A stretch of 64,000 bases of DNA from Candidatus Saccharimonadota bacterium. GTDB taxonomy: Bacteria > Patescibacteriota > Saccharimonadia > Saccharimonadales > JACDBH01. The notes beneath the pieces were generated by a model. That model saw nothing but the letters and a program-made list of their open reading frames with translations, ran no database searches and was not told where the DNA came from. The position numbers and the translations under genes were made by a program. Below, in pieces: positions 27,851 through 37,546 of this stretch; positions within the stretch are counted from its first letter, which is position 1, and each line of letters begins with the position of its first letter. The stretch lies in the NCBI GenBank assembly GCA_013694995.1, contig JACDBH010000004.1:60828-124827 (forward strand). Reading direction: 5' to 3'.

Positions 27851-28420
27851 ATGAACAACAAAGTTTTGATTATTTTACTGGTTTTATTAGTGGTTTTTGG
27901 CGGCGGATATTTTATTAGCCAGAAAACGCCTAACGAGAAGCCAGCAAGTAGTTCATCATCTGAGGCAGTAAATAGTTCGATAGCAACTCTTGATTTGAGT
28001 GGGCAGCAACTAACCGAGTTACCTGTAACGGTTTTAGATAGAACGGATATTAGGATACTTAACTTATCCAACAACCAGCTTACTAGCTTGCCTTCCGGCA
28101 TAGGTAGGCTAACTAATCTGGAAGTCTTAAATATAGAAAATAACCGCCTGGAAGGAAAACTGCCCGAAGAAATAGGGAATCTTAGCAATTTGCGAGAGAT
28201 ACTTGCCAATAATAATCGTATGACGGGCATACCGGCCGCAATCGGCAACTTAGGCAGTTTAGAAATCGCTGATTTTTCTAACAATCGGCTTGAGAGTTTA
28301 CCACTAGAACTAGGAAACCTAACTCAACTTAAACTTTTAGACCTTTCCGGCTACAATTCCTCGGCAAGTGATTTAAACGAGATTAAAAGATTGCTAACTA
28401 GCACGCAGGTTAAGACTTAA
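27851..28420 (+). CDS. Membrane-anchored leucine-rich repeat protein
   Basis: N-terminal TM; repeats LxxLNLSNNQLTSLPSGIGRL. Confidence 0.9.
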   Translation: MNNKVLIILLVLLVVFGGGYFISQKTPNEKPASSSSSEAVNSSIATLDLSGQQLTELPVTVLDRTDIRILNLSNNQLTSLPSGIGRLTNLEVLNIENNRLEGKLPEEIGNLSNLREILANNNRMTGIPAAIGNLGSLEIADFSNNRLESLPLELGNLTQLKLLDLSGYNSSASDLNEIKRLLTSTQVKT

Positions 28421-28435
28421 TATTTAGGAGTAATT

Positions 28436-29035
28436 ATGAATCCAGATTATGATAACAAGCAAAGTGGGATGAAGAAGCTAGCACCGCTGGTAGTAGTATT
28501 GATTATTGTCGTAGGTCTGCTCGGTTGGTGGCTCGGACGCTCCGACAAGCCTTCTGATACAGCGTCAAATGACCTAGTTCCAGTATCTACTGCTAGTGAG
28601 GACGATGCCGAAGCCGTTAAATCTTTAGTTAGTTATGCGCTTCCGGACGGTTGGCAAGAAGAGTCATGTAAAGCTGCAGCTGGTTCAGTATATGTTAGGC
28701 CTGCAGGAGCTGATGATGTCGATTGTAATGCCAATCCTAGTTCAGATGTTAAAATCTCCATTGATCCAGAGAGTACCAAAGATTGTAATGAGCTGCAAAG
28801 TGTCCAGAACGTTAAGAAACACGTTTGTATCTCGCTTTATATTAATGGGCTTAGAAGTCTAAAAGCTACTACGGAGTATCTTGCATCGTCATCTTACGGC
28901 AGAGATACGACAGTAGAATCTTATTATGTGGATACAGGGAAAGGCGTTATTAAGGCAGAGTATTTCTATAATTCAGAAAACCGGTTCCAAACAAGCTTTG
29001 ATCAGTTAGCCAACAGCATCAACGTTAAAAACTAG
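28436..29035 (+). CDS. Hypothetical membrane-anchored exported protein (PsbP-like fold possible)
   Basis: N-terminal TM, YALPDGW motif, four Cys, ending FDQLANSI; AGGAG SD. Confidence 0.75.
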   Translation: MNPDYDNKQSGMKKLAPLVVVLIIVVGLLGWWLGRSDKPSDTASNDLVPVSTASEDDAEAVKSLVSYALPDGWQEESCKAAAGSVYVRPAGADDVDCNANPSSDVKISIDPESTKDCNELQSVQNVKKHVCISLYINGLRSLKATTEYLASSSYGRDTTVESYYVDTGKGVIKAEYFYNSENRFQTSFDQLANSINVKN

Positions 29036-29230
29036 ACCAGGTCAATGTCTTGCCTAAATTTTGCATAAGCCCTACTCATAAAAGATATAATATAGATCTC
29101 ACTTATAACTGCACTACTCTTTCAGCGACTAACTAATGCACCAAAAAATTCAGCTTTTTATATTAAAGGTAGTATTTTAAACTGCTAGTGCTATTATAGT
29201 TTTAATACAACATAAAAAAGGCATAATCTT

Positions 29231-29449
29231 ATGCGTGAAGCTCTTTTAGAACAAACAAGTAACAACGAGGCTGTTGCCAATGGTGACATCGGTGTAGTAG
29301 CTGCAATCTACAAATACTTAAAAAACGTACCGGATCGAAATGTCTTTAGTGCAGGTGAAGTCACCGATATGCTTTTAGACATGCTTAATGAAGCCACAGG
29401 TCCGACACTAGAAGCTGAAAGCCAAGATCAACTAGTTAGCGTTTCTTAA
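29231..29449 (+). CDS. Small hypothetical protein
   Basis: 72-aa ORF with plausible composition and upstream promoter-like TATAGT. Confidence 0.55.
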   Translation: MREALLEQTSNNEAVANGDIGVVAAIYKYLKNVPDRNVFSAGEVTDMLLDMLNEATGPTLEAESQDQLVSVS

Positions 29450-29590
29450 TACAAAAGCGACTTTGAATTCTTGCTGTAGATTTCAAAGTTAATTAAAGGC
29501 GTTCAAAATTCCATATATTTTGTCTGTTTTATTACTGCATTGCAGTTGCATATGCATGTAACCTGTATGAACAACTAAGGAGGATATATT

Positions 29591-29881
29591 ATGGATGACG
29601 AAGATTTACAAAAAGATGCTCAGTCGCCACTTGAAGAAGACAATGATACGCCGTTTTCAGAACCCGATGATACAAAAGACGATCTTACAGAGGATGAACT
29701 AAAAGATCTTGATAGCGGCGAGCTGGATGATACGCACCCTAATTCAGACAGTGGCATACAGCCGGAAGAAAAATATGACGAAGGGTTAAGCGGGGCTGCA
29801 GAAGCAGAAGAGCCTAACGGCGATAGTGCAGTTGTAGACATGGACGTTGATAATGAAGAAGACGAAGACGACAACGTATAG
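29591..29881 (+). CDS. Very acidic small hypothetical protein
   Basis: AAGGAGG SD; D/E-rich 96 aa. Confidence 0.7.
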   Translation: MDDEDLQKDAQSPLEEDNDTPFSEPDDTKDDLTEDELKDLDSGELDDTHPNSDSGIQPEEKYDEGLSGAAEAEEPNGDSAVVDMDVDNEEDEDDNV

Positions 29882-30072
29882 TCAGCTACAATGACTTCAT
29901 GGATGAGATCCAAACTCAGCTACCTTGTGCCGATAAACTAGTGTTCGATACCATAAATCAAGCCCAGGCAACCGCCACGACCGCGCAATACCAGCACGGT
30001 GCCAAAGTTAAGCCCTATAAGTGCCAGCACTGCAAACTATGGCATTTAAGCAGTGTATTGATGGAATAATAT

Positions 30073-30276
30073 TTAGCGGTTTTTATAATGGTGCCGTCGG
30101 CGACGGAAACTACGCACTAGTACCAGTAAAAGGCTGAAAACTGTAACTACGCCTGCAATTATGTACCACAGTAAGGGCTCGTCTTTAGTCCCAGGCAATA
30201 GCAGAGGACCTTTGTTTTCCGGGACGATTTGGGCAACGTCTAGTATTGCCACTAAGTAGTCCGATGTGATATTCAT
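30073..30276 (-). CDS. Small membrane protein (LPGT + TM + basic tail)
   Basis: 67 aa, one hydrophobic helix followed by RRRRHH. Confidence 0.55.
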   Translation of the reverse strand: MNITSDYLVAILDVAQIVPENKGPLLLPGTKDEPLLWYIIAGVVTVFSLLLVLVRSFRRRRHHYKNR

Positions 30277-30379
30277 AAGTATTACCTTGCGGTCTTAAAG
30301 TTCAGTATGCTCGAACCACTTTTAAACGTCAAGCAGTATGGCTTGACCCTGCGATACACTAAGCAGTACATTACAGGTG

Positions 30380-31648
30380 ATGGATTTACCCCAAATAAAA
30401 CTACAGTTACCTAAGAGACCGATCACGATCGATCAAGACTTATTAAACAAGGCGCTGAAGTACGTCGACAGCTACTGGAAGAAATTAGAACGCCACCATA
30501 ACGAAGATTCAGGTACTCTTGTGGGCCTGCCATACCCTTACGTCGTACCTGCTGCCGATCCTAATGCCCAGTTCCGCTTTGAGGAACAATATTACTGGGA
30601 TAGTTACTTTACCGCTCTGGGAATGACAGGTGCAAAGCACCAAATACTTGTAGAAGGTATGCTTGAGAATCTGCTTTTCTTATTCCGCCGCTTCGGAATG
30701 ATTCCCAATGCTTCGCGCATGTACTTCACTAGCCGATCGCAACCGCCAATACTAACCAGTTTTATATTTCATGTTTACGAGACTTTTACAAAGGACTCAG
30801 AGTGGCTGCGCCAGAAAATTGATGTGGCAAAAGACGAATACGAAAAAGTATGGATGAGTAAAGGGCACCCGCAGTGGCACAACGTGCACAGGGGGCTAAG
30901 CCGCTATTACGATATCAATATGCTTCACGACTTGGCCGAAGCGGAAAGCGGCTGGGATATGACGCCGCGTTTTGAGCGCAAATGTTTGGATTTCTTACCG
31001 GTTGATTTAAATGCTCTATTGTACAAATATGAGACAGATTTTGCTCGTGCCGCAGAAATCTTGGGCGATACGGCGCAGTCGGCTGATTGGTCACGAAAAG
31101 CCCGTTCCCGTATGAATGCCATGGATGACCTAATGTGGGGAAAGCTTAGGGGCTTTTATTTTGATTACAACTATCAGCGCGGAGTCTTAGGTGATATATG
31201 GTCGTTAGCCGGCTTTTATCCGATGTGGGCGGGAATGGTAACGCCCGAACAAGCTAAAAAAATGGTCTTTAACCTCGACAAGTTTGAACGTAGAGGCGGA
31301 TTGACAGCCACTACCAGACCGTTAATTGATTATAGTGTATTATTTGGATCGCTCAAGGCACAGTGGGCTTACCCAAACGGCTGGGCACCGCTGCACTACA
31401 TCGTAATAGAAGGTCTAAAGCGTTATGGCTATCACGAGCATGCCAAACGCATAGCAACTGAATGGGTAGCTACCAATCTTAAATGGTTTGATAAAAACGG
31501 CGTATTTTTAGAGAAGTATAATGTTGTGAACAATAAAAAATCGCCTGTTGAAGGTCTGTACCCGTCTCAAACTGGTTTCGGTTGGTCAAACGCCATACTG
31601 GTTAATTTCGTCAAGGAGTTTAACCTTAAAGAAGGCTTATCCGACTAA
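30380..31648 (+). CDS. Trehalase (GH37)
   Basis: PYVVP..RFEEQYYWDSYF, IPNASRMYFTSRSQPP, AESGWD, PVDLN, QWAYPNGWAP, EKYNV, GFGWSN. Confidence 0.92.
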   Translation: MDLPQIKLQLPKRPITIDQDLLNKALKYVDSYWKKLERHHNEDSGTLVGLPYPYVVPAADPNAQFRFEEQYYWDSYFTALGMTGAKHQILVEGMLENLLFLFRRFGMIPNASRMYFTSRSQPPILTSFIFHVYETFTKDSEWLRQKIDVAKDEYEKVWMSKGHPQWHNVHRGLSRYYDINMLHDLAEAESGWDMTPRFERKCLDFLPVDLNALLYKYETDFARAAEILGDTAQSADWSRKARSRMNAMDDLMWGKLRGFYFDYNYQRGVLGDIWSLAGFYPMWAGMVTPEQAKKMVFNLDKFERRGGLTATTRPLIDYSVLFGSLKAQWAYPNGWAPLHYIVIEGLKRYGYHEHAKRIATEWVATNLKWFDKNGVFLEKYNVVNNKKSPVEGLYPSQTGFGWSNAILVNFVKEFNLKEGLSD

Positions 31649-31825
31649 AACTAGGCAGAGTCGGTAACAGCCGTAAATATTTTGGATTACTAGATTCCTT
31701 AAGTGTAATATTAGAATATGACCATAACAGCAGCCTGTAATACAGTTATGATGATGCCCTCGTAAGGGCTTTTACTCTTTCTGAGGAACTTTTTATCAAT
31801 TTCATAAACAGGTACACTACTTACA

Positions 31826-33283
31826 ATGTCTAATTTTTATATAACTACATCTATACCTTATATCAATGGCGAGCCGCACCTAGGGCATGCAATGGAGTTT
31901 GTAATTGCCGATGCTTTGGCGCGCTATGCTAGAACGCAGGGTCTTACTACTCTCTACGCTACGGGCACCGATGAGCACGGTAGTAAAGTTGCTGAAAAAG
32001 CTGCTGAATTAAAACTTGCCCCGAAAGCTTTGGCTGATAAAAATGTTAAAAAATTCCAAGAGCTGTTACAACTACTGGAGGTCAGCAATGACCGCTTTAT
32101 ACGAACTACTGACAAGGGACACGAACAGCGTTCCCAAGTTATCTGGAAAAACATTAAAGATGATATTTACAAAGGCACTTATATCGGCTGGTACTGTACG
32201 GGCTGCGAGGAATTTGTTACCGAAACGGCCGCTAAAGAAAACAAGAATATCTGCCCGATCCACAAAAAACCTTATGAGAAAATCGAGGAAGACAATTATT
32301 TTTTCAAATTGAGCAAATATGCTTCTCAAATCCGTTCGGCAATCGAGTCTGGCAGCTTTGCGGTTATCCCTGAAAGCCGTAAAAACGAAATCCTTGGCAT
32401 TCTAAACGAAGGTCTGGAAGATATAAGTATCTCCCGACCAAAAGATAAGATTAGCTGGGGAGTGCCGGTGCCCGGCGACACTCATCAAGTCATTTATGTA
32501 TGGTTCGAAGCGCTGATGAATTACATTACAGTCTTAGGTTATCCGGAACATCAGGATTTTAAAACTTTTTGGCCAGCAGATTACCAAGTAATTGGTAAAG
32601 ATATATTACGCTTCCATGCTGCTATCTGGCCAGGCACGTTATTAGCGCTCGGATTACCGTTGCCTAAAAACCTTTATGTACATGGATTCGTGACCCTAAA
32701 CGGTCAGAAAATGAGCAAAAGCACCGGCAATGTCGTTGACCCAAAAGAAATTATCAGTCAGTACGGTGCCGATGCTTTCCGCTATTACTTCCTACGCAAG
32801 ATCCCTAGTTATGGCGACGGTGACTTTACCTGGGAGCATTTTGAGGCCAGCTATAATAACGAACTAGGCAACGAGCTTGGCAATGCCGTCCAGCGGACGG
32901 TTGTCATGATAGAAAAATTTCAGCAAGGACTTATAGGCGATATTCCTTCGGCTGAGCATGACTCGGCTGCCTACCATGAAGCCATGCGCCTATGCCGCTT
33001 CGACCGTGCGCTGGACGTTGTATGGGACCAGGTCAGGGGCCTGAATCAGTACATCGACGAACAAAAACCATGGCAAATAGCTAAAGAAAAAGATGAGGAG
33101 CACTTGCGGGAAGTCCTTGCTTATATGGTCAGCTGCTTACTAGAAATCGCTGAACTTTTAGAGCCGTTTCTGCCAAATAGCTCACAAGCTATAAAAAATA
33201 TTTTTGCTGAAGGTTTACTGCAAGCCCCAAAGACAGTACTTTTCCCTAAAATTGAAAACTACCCGTCTAAAAAAGCAGAATAA
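31826..33283 (+). CDS. metG: Methionine--tRNA ligase (short form)
   Basis: YING.PHLGH, TGTDEHG, YCTGCE, IYVWF, GKDILRFH, KMSKS. Confidence 0.96.
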   Translation: MSNFYITTSIPYINGEPHLGHAMEFVIADALARYARTQGLTTLYATGTDEHGSKVAEKAAELKLAPKALADKNVKKFQELLQLLEVSNDRFIRTTDKGHEQRSQVIWKNIKDDIYKGTYIGWYCTGCEEFVTETAAKENKNICPIHKKPYEKIEEDNYFFKLSKYASQIRSAIESGSFAVIPESRKNEILGILNEGLEDISISRPKDKISWGVPVPGDTHQVIYVWFEALMNYITVLGYPEHQDFKTFWPADYQVIGKDILRFHAAIWPGTLLALGLPLPKNLYVHGFVTLNGQKMSKSTGNVVDPKEIISQYGADAFRYYFLRKIPSYGDGDFTWEHFEASYNNELGNELGNAVQRTVVMIEKFQQGLIGDIPSAEHDSAAYHEAMRLCRFDRALDVVWDQVRGLNQYIDEQKPWQIAKEKDEEHLREVLAYMVSCLLEIAELLEPFLPNSSQAIKNIFAEGLLQAPKTVLFPKIENYPSKKAE

Positions 33284-34053
33284 TGGATTTTGTTGATACT
33301 CATTGCCATATTCAATTTGCGGATTATCCGTTGGATGCCGATGTGGTGCTAAAAAGCGCTAATCAGGAATTAGTTAGTAGGGTAATAGTTGTCGGCTGTA
33401 CGCTTCCTGATAGCCATGCAGGGGTAGAGTTTGTTAGTAGCCGGCCTAATACTTGGGCAAGTATCGGCCTACATCCGCACGAAGCTACGAGCTATGTTCA
33501 TAACCACCGTGCTCTACAGCAATTCCGCGATTTAGTCGCAAAAAACAAAGTCGTAGCCATAGGGGAAACAGGACTTGACTATCACTATAAACACTCGCCA
33601 AAAGCTGACCAAATTAAGCTGCTGCGCTTCCAGTTAGATTTGGCTCTAGAGCAAGATTTGCCACTTATTTTCCACGTCCGTGATGCTTTTTCTGACTTTT
33701 GGCCTATTTTTGACAACTATAAAGGTCTAAGAGGGGTAGTCCACAGTTTTACGTCTGATATACGGGATTTGGACCAAATCCTGACCCGCGGCTTGCATAT
33801 CGGCTTGAACGGCATTATGACTTTTACTAAGAAAGAAGAACAACTATTAGCCGCAAAAGTTGTCCCGATTGACAAATTGCTTTTAGAAACAGATGCTCCC
33901 TTCTTGACCCCTGTTCCATTTCGTGGTACAATAGGAGAGCCGAAATATGTGCGGGTTGTTGCAGAGTTCTTAGCTAATTTAAGGGGTGAAAGCCTCGAGG
34001 AACTAGCAAATGCTACTACGGATAATGCCATAAGGCTATTTAAACTATTATGA
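33283..34053 (+). CDS. tatD: TatD family deoxyribonuclease
   Basis: DTHCH, GLHPH, IGETGLD, HVRDA, VHSF, LETDAPFL. Confidence 0.93.
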   Translation: MDFVDTHCHIQFADYPLDADVVLKSANQELVSRVIVVGCTLPDSHAGVEFVSSRPNTWASIGLHPHEATSYVHNHRALQQFRDLVAKNKVVAIGETGLDYHYKHSPKADQIKLLRFQLDLALEQDLPLIFHVRDAFSDFWPIFDNYKGLRGVVHSFTSDIRDLDQILTRGLHIGLNGIMTFTKKEEQLLAAKVVPIDKLLLETDAPFLTPVPFRGTIGEPKYVRVVAEFLANLRGESLEELANATTDNAIRLFKLL

Positions 34054-34433
34054 AGACAATAAATCCATCACCATCAAATGAACATGAAAGCAATACCACC
34101 TACGAAGGTGCGTTGGGTTACATACAGCGCAGGTTGGTGGTTGTCCGAACAGCCCTTAATTTAGCTGATGTAAGTGTTATAAATGCTCGTAGAATAGAAA
34201 CCGAATCCATGGACAAAGAAAATATGTTTAGGCCCAATCAGGCAGGCCAGCTCGCAATGCGCGGTAAAGTACAAACTCAGCCCCAACCTGAATCTAAATC
34301 ACAGACCGTGCTTACTGAACAACCTGTTGAAGTTGATGACACTATGGATCCAATCATGATACAAGCTAACGTCGACAAATTGGCGGCTTATTCTAAGGAA
34401 ACTCAAGATGACATTTTTAAACAAGCTACTTAA
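34050..34433 (+). CDS. Hypothetical protein
   Basis: ORF coupled to tatD by an ATGA overlap. Confidence 0.6.
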   Translation: MKTINPSPSNEHESNTTYEGALGYIQRRLVVVRTALNLADVSVINARRIETESMDKENMFRPNQAGQLAMRGKVQTQPQPESKSQTVLTEQPVEVDDTMDPIMIQANVDKLAAYSKETQDDIFKQAT

Positions 34434-34785
34434 GGGTACTATTGCCCAGAGGCATCAAGACCGGGAAGCCGAACTTTACCGCAGCCTAATCCGCCGCGAA
34501 GCAAAGCTTGGCGGCGAAATTTTCGGACCTTTACCAGAAGGTGTGCGCCGGGAATTCTTCTGCCTAGACGAACACACATGGGTATGGCACGAAGAGTGGC
34601 TTGATGAAAAAAATCAGCGCCAGATACGTACTACTAGGTATGATATTCGACCAGGCGGTATATTAAAGGCCCAAGATGGTCAGAATTACCAGCGCATAAG
34701 CCAGTCAGAGTCCGAACGGCTGCTACAAGCAATAAGAACTTACGATCACCGGATCCGTACTGAGCTATACGCTGCCTATATTTAA
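34408..34785 (+). CDS. Hypothetical protein
   Basis: 125-aa ORF with globular composition (RREFFCLDEHTWVWHEEW). Confidence 0.75.
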   Translation: MTFLNKLLKGTIAQRHQDREAELYRSLIRREAKLGGEIFGPLPEGVRREFFCLDEHTWVWHEEWLDEKNQRQIRTTRYDIRPGGILKAQDGQNYQRISQSESERLLQAIRTYDHRIRTELYAAYI

Positions 34786-34853
34786 ATAAGGGTTGTATGG
34801 GTGTAGGGTTGAGGGTCTAGTAACTTCACCCCACACCTTATACCCTATACCTT

Positions 34854-35993
34854 ATGAAGCAACTATATTTTGATTACGCGGCTGCTACACCGGTGAGTAC
34901 GGTCGTTCAAGCGGCTATGGCCCCTTACTTAACAGACAATTTTTATAACCCCTCAGCGCTCTACTTAAACGCCTTAAATGTAAAAAAATTATTGGATGCA
35001 GCCCGGCAGGACGTAGCTGGAATTTTAGGCGCCAAAGCCTCAGAAATTATATTTACCGCCGGTGGCACTGAGGCAAATAATCTGGCAATTCAGGGTATTA
35101 TGCGTAACTATTCGGACTCAAATTGCATTGTAAGCAGCATAGAACACGAATCAGTATTGTTGCCGGCAGATTTGTTCTATTCAAAACAAGCGCCTGTTAA
35201 GCCCGATGGCCGCATAGACGTCAATCAACTAGTTAAGTTGATTGACAGTAAGACAGTTCTTATAAGCGTAATGTACGCCAGTAACGAAATCGGTACTGTC
35301 CAACCGCTGAGTGAAATAAGTAAACGGATAAAAGAAATCCGCCGGTCTCGTCAAAAGTCCGGTAACCACCTACCACTGGTTTTGCATACTGATGCCTGTC
35401 AGGCGCCCAACTACTTGCCTCTGATTGTTAATACCTTGGGCGTAGATATGATGACGCTGAACGGCAGTAAGATTTACGGGCCCAAACAATCAGGAGTTTT
35501 ATTTGTTCATAGCGGCATCGGCTTGCAGCCCTTCATCCTAGGCGGCGGTCAGGAGCGGAACTTACGCAGTGGTACCCAGAACGTTGCTGGCAGTATTGGC
35601 TTTGCGGCTGCATTAGTAGAAGCCCAGGGTTTACGCGAGGCCGAAAGTATCCGTCTCAAGGAATTACAGCAAGAATTTATAATAAAACTATCTAAGCAAC
35701 TGCCAAAAGCTGTAGTTAACGGCTCGCTGCAATACCGGTTGCCTAACAACCTGCACTTAACGATAGCGGGGATGGATAATGAGTGGTTAATGATGAGCTT
35801 GGACGAACGCGGCTGTATGGTTGCAACTGGTTCAGCCTGCAGCGCATCAAGCGACGAGCCGTCGCATGTACTTAAAGCTATCGGTTTATCCGATACTCTA
35901 GCCCACAGCAGCCTGCGTATTAGCATGGGCCGCAAAACAAACCGTAAAGCCGTAAACACGCTGTTACAGCATCTCGTTGACTTAGCTGGCTAA
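34854..35993 (+). CDS. iscS: Cysteine desulfurase (IscS/NifS family)
   Basis: YFDYAAATP, NPSALY, GGTEANN, HTDACQ, KIYGPK, GGGQE, RSGT, TGSACS. Confidence 0.92.
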   Translation: MKQLYFDYAAATPVSTVVQAAMAPYLTDNFYNPSALYLNALNVKKLLDAARQDVAGILGAKASEIIFTAGGTEANNLAIQGIMRNYSDSNCIVSSIEHESVLLPADLFYSKQAPVKPDGRIDVNQLVKLIDSKTVLISVMYASNEIGTVQPLSEISKRIKEIRRSRQKSGNHLPLVLHTDACQAPNYLPLIVNTLGVDMMTLNGSKIYGPKQSGVLFVHSGIGLQPFILGGGQERNLRSGTQNVAGSIGFAAALVEAQGLREAESIRLKELQQEFIIKLSKQLPKAVVNGSLQYRLPNNLHLTIAGMDNEWLMMSLDERGCMVATGSACSASSDEPSHVLKAIGLSDTLAHSSLRISMGRKTNRKAVNTLLQHLVDLAG

Positions 35994-36037
35994 TCAGTTG
36001 CTTGTTTCATAAAAGAGCGCTACTATAATGCATAAGC

Positions 36038-36886
36038 ATGTTCGTTGCAAAAATCAAACATCTGCTAACATTCAAACGCTGCGCATCTTTCCTGATGCTG
36101 TCGGCGCTTGTTGCGTTGCGTTTGACGGGAGGGATATACGCCCAGTCCGTAACTCAAGGCTATGGTAGTGACGAGACCCTGCAGCGAGGAATGATTGTCG
36201 GTACTAAAAAAGACGACCCGACCAAAGTTGAAGCCCTCAACGTAGATCAACTGGAACAGATGTTAGGCATTGTTGTCAGCCCGAACGACTCGCCAATTAC
36301 CCTATCCGGTGATGACGAGAAGGTCTTCGTAGCAACGGTGGGCCGTTATGAAGTCCTTGTGTCTGACCAGGAAGGCGCTATAAATCCAGGAGACTATATT
36401 ACCGCTTCATCTTTAGATGGAATAGGTATGCATGCTACTTTTGATCAGAGTGAAATAATTGGCCGTGCGCTAACAGCTTTTGATGGAACAGGCGGCAATA
36501 TTGTTGGCCAAAGCGACCTAATTGATACCAATGGCAATGCCCGCTCGGTCAAAATTGGCCGAATAGAGCTGGATATAGCTATCAGCAAGAACCCGCTGGC
36601 CAAAAGCGCGGCAGTTACACCTGAATGGCTGGGCAAAATTGGTCAGGCGATCGCTGGCAAAAGTCTAAGTCCGGCCAGGATTTACATTAGTGCCGGCATA
36701 TTTATCATTGGTTCTGTAATCGCCGGGTCCATTCTTTATGCAGGCATCAGAAGCAGTATTATTGCCGTCGGCCGCAACCCTCTAAGCAAGCGCAGTATCT
36801 TAAGGGGCCTAGTAGAAGTAATTTTTACGGCCTTAATTGTTTTCATTATCAGCGTAGTTGGGGTATATTTACTACTAAGAGCATAA
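36038..36886 (+). CDS. Exported beta-domain fused to a C-terminal ATP synthase c-subunit-like hairpin
   Basis: Signal peptide; C-terminal TM-GRNP-TM aligns with subunit c (R-Q/N-P loop, IISVV vs IIAVV); occupies the atpE position before the b-like gene. Confidence 0.7.
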   Translation: MFVAKIKHLLTFKRCASFLMLSALVALRLTGGIYAQSVTQGYGSDETLQRGMIVGTKKDDPTKVEALNVDQLEQMLGIVVSPNDSPITLSGDDEKVFVATVGRYEVLVSDQEGAINPGDYITASSLDGIGMHATFDQSEIIGRALTAFDGTGGNIVGQSDLIDTNGNARSVKIGRIELDIAISKNPLAKSAAVTPEWLGKIGQAIAGKSLSPARIYISAGIFIIGSVIAGSILYAGIRSSIIAVGRNPLSKRSILRGLVEVIFTALIVFIISVVGVYLLLRA

Positions 36887-36913
36887 GCAATTTCATAAGG
36901 TGGGTTAGTATAT

Positions 36914-37546
36914 ATGAACGCATGGGGGTTGGGACTTGTTATCGGGGCGTTAGGAGCCACGGCGCTGGCCTTTGTCTGGGTAGCGCTTAAACTCGGAAAT
37001 TCTCCGGGCGGCAAGAAAAAAGCCTACAAAGATGGCAAAGAGATGGTCACCGAAGCGGCAGAGGCTGACGTCGAGCATATTTTTAATGAAGAATTCCGCG
37101 AAGAGCTGCGTAACCGGGGACGGCTACATTTTGAAAAAATCATTGGCGAGAATGCCATGTTCTTGCAACAAGACTTGCGGCTAACGACTTCGCAGATTAA
37201 TGAATACATGAAGCAGGAGATTACCAAAACCCTGAATGAGGAGTTTGCCAAGTACGAGCAGTCAATAGATGACGCTAAGCGTTTGGCCGTCGAATCTATC
37301 CAGAAGACACAGGTTGCACTCGAACAAGAGCGACAAGTCTTGCACGAAAAGTTGGAAGGCGAAGTTAATAATGAGCGCGATCGCCTTATCAAACGTTTTG
37401 AAGAAAACATGGGCGAAATTGTGAATCATTACGTACTGGATGCCATCGGCAACGAAATTGATCTGAGTGACCAGCTTGAGTACATCTTAGGCGAACTCCA
37501 GGCAAACAAGAACGTAATGCTGGAGGACATCCGGAGTGGCGCCTAA
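36914..37546 (+). CDS. ATP synthase b-like peripheral stalk protein (divergent)
   Basis: N-terminal TM plus long charged coiled coil; atpF position. Confidence 0.65.
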   Translation: MNAWGLGLVIGALGATALAFVWVALKLGNSPGGKKKAYKDGKEMVTEAAEADVEHIFNEEFREELRNRGRLHFEKIIGENAMFLQQDLRLTTSQINEYMKQEITKTLNEEFAKYEQSIDDAKRLAVESIQKTQVALEQERQVLHEKLEGEVNNERDRLIKRFEENMGEIVNHYVLDAIGNEIDLSDQLEYILGELQANKNVMLEDIRSGA

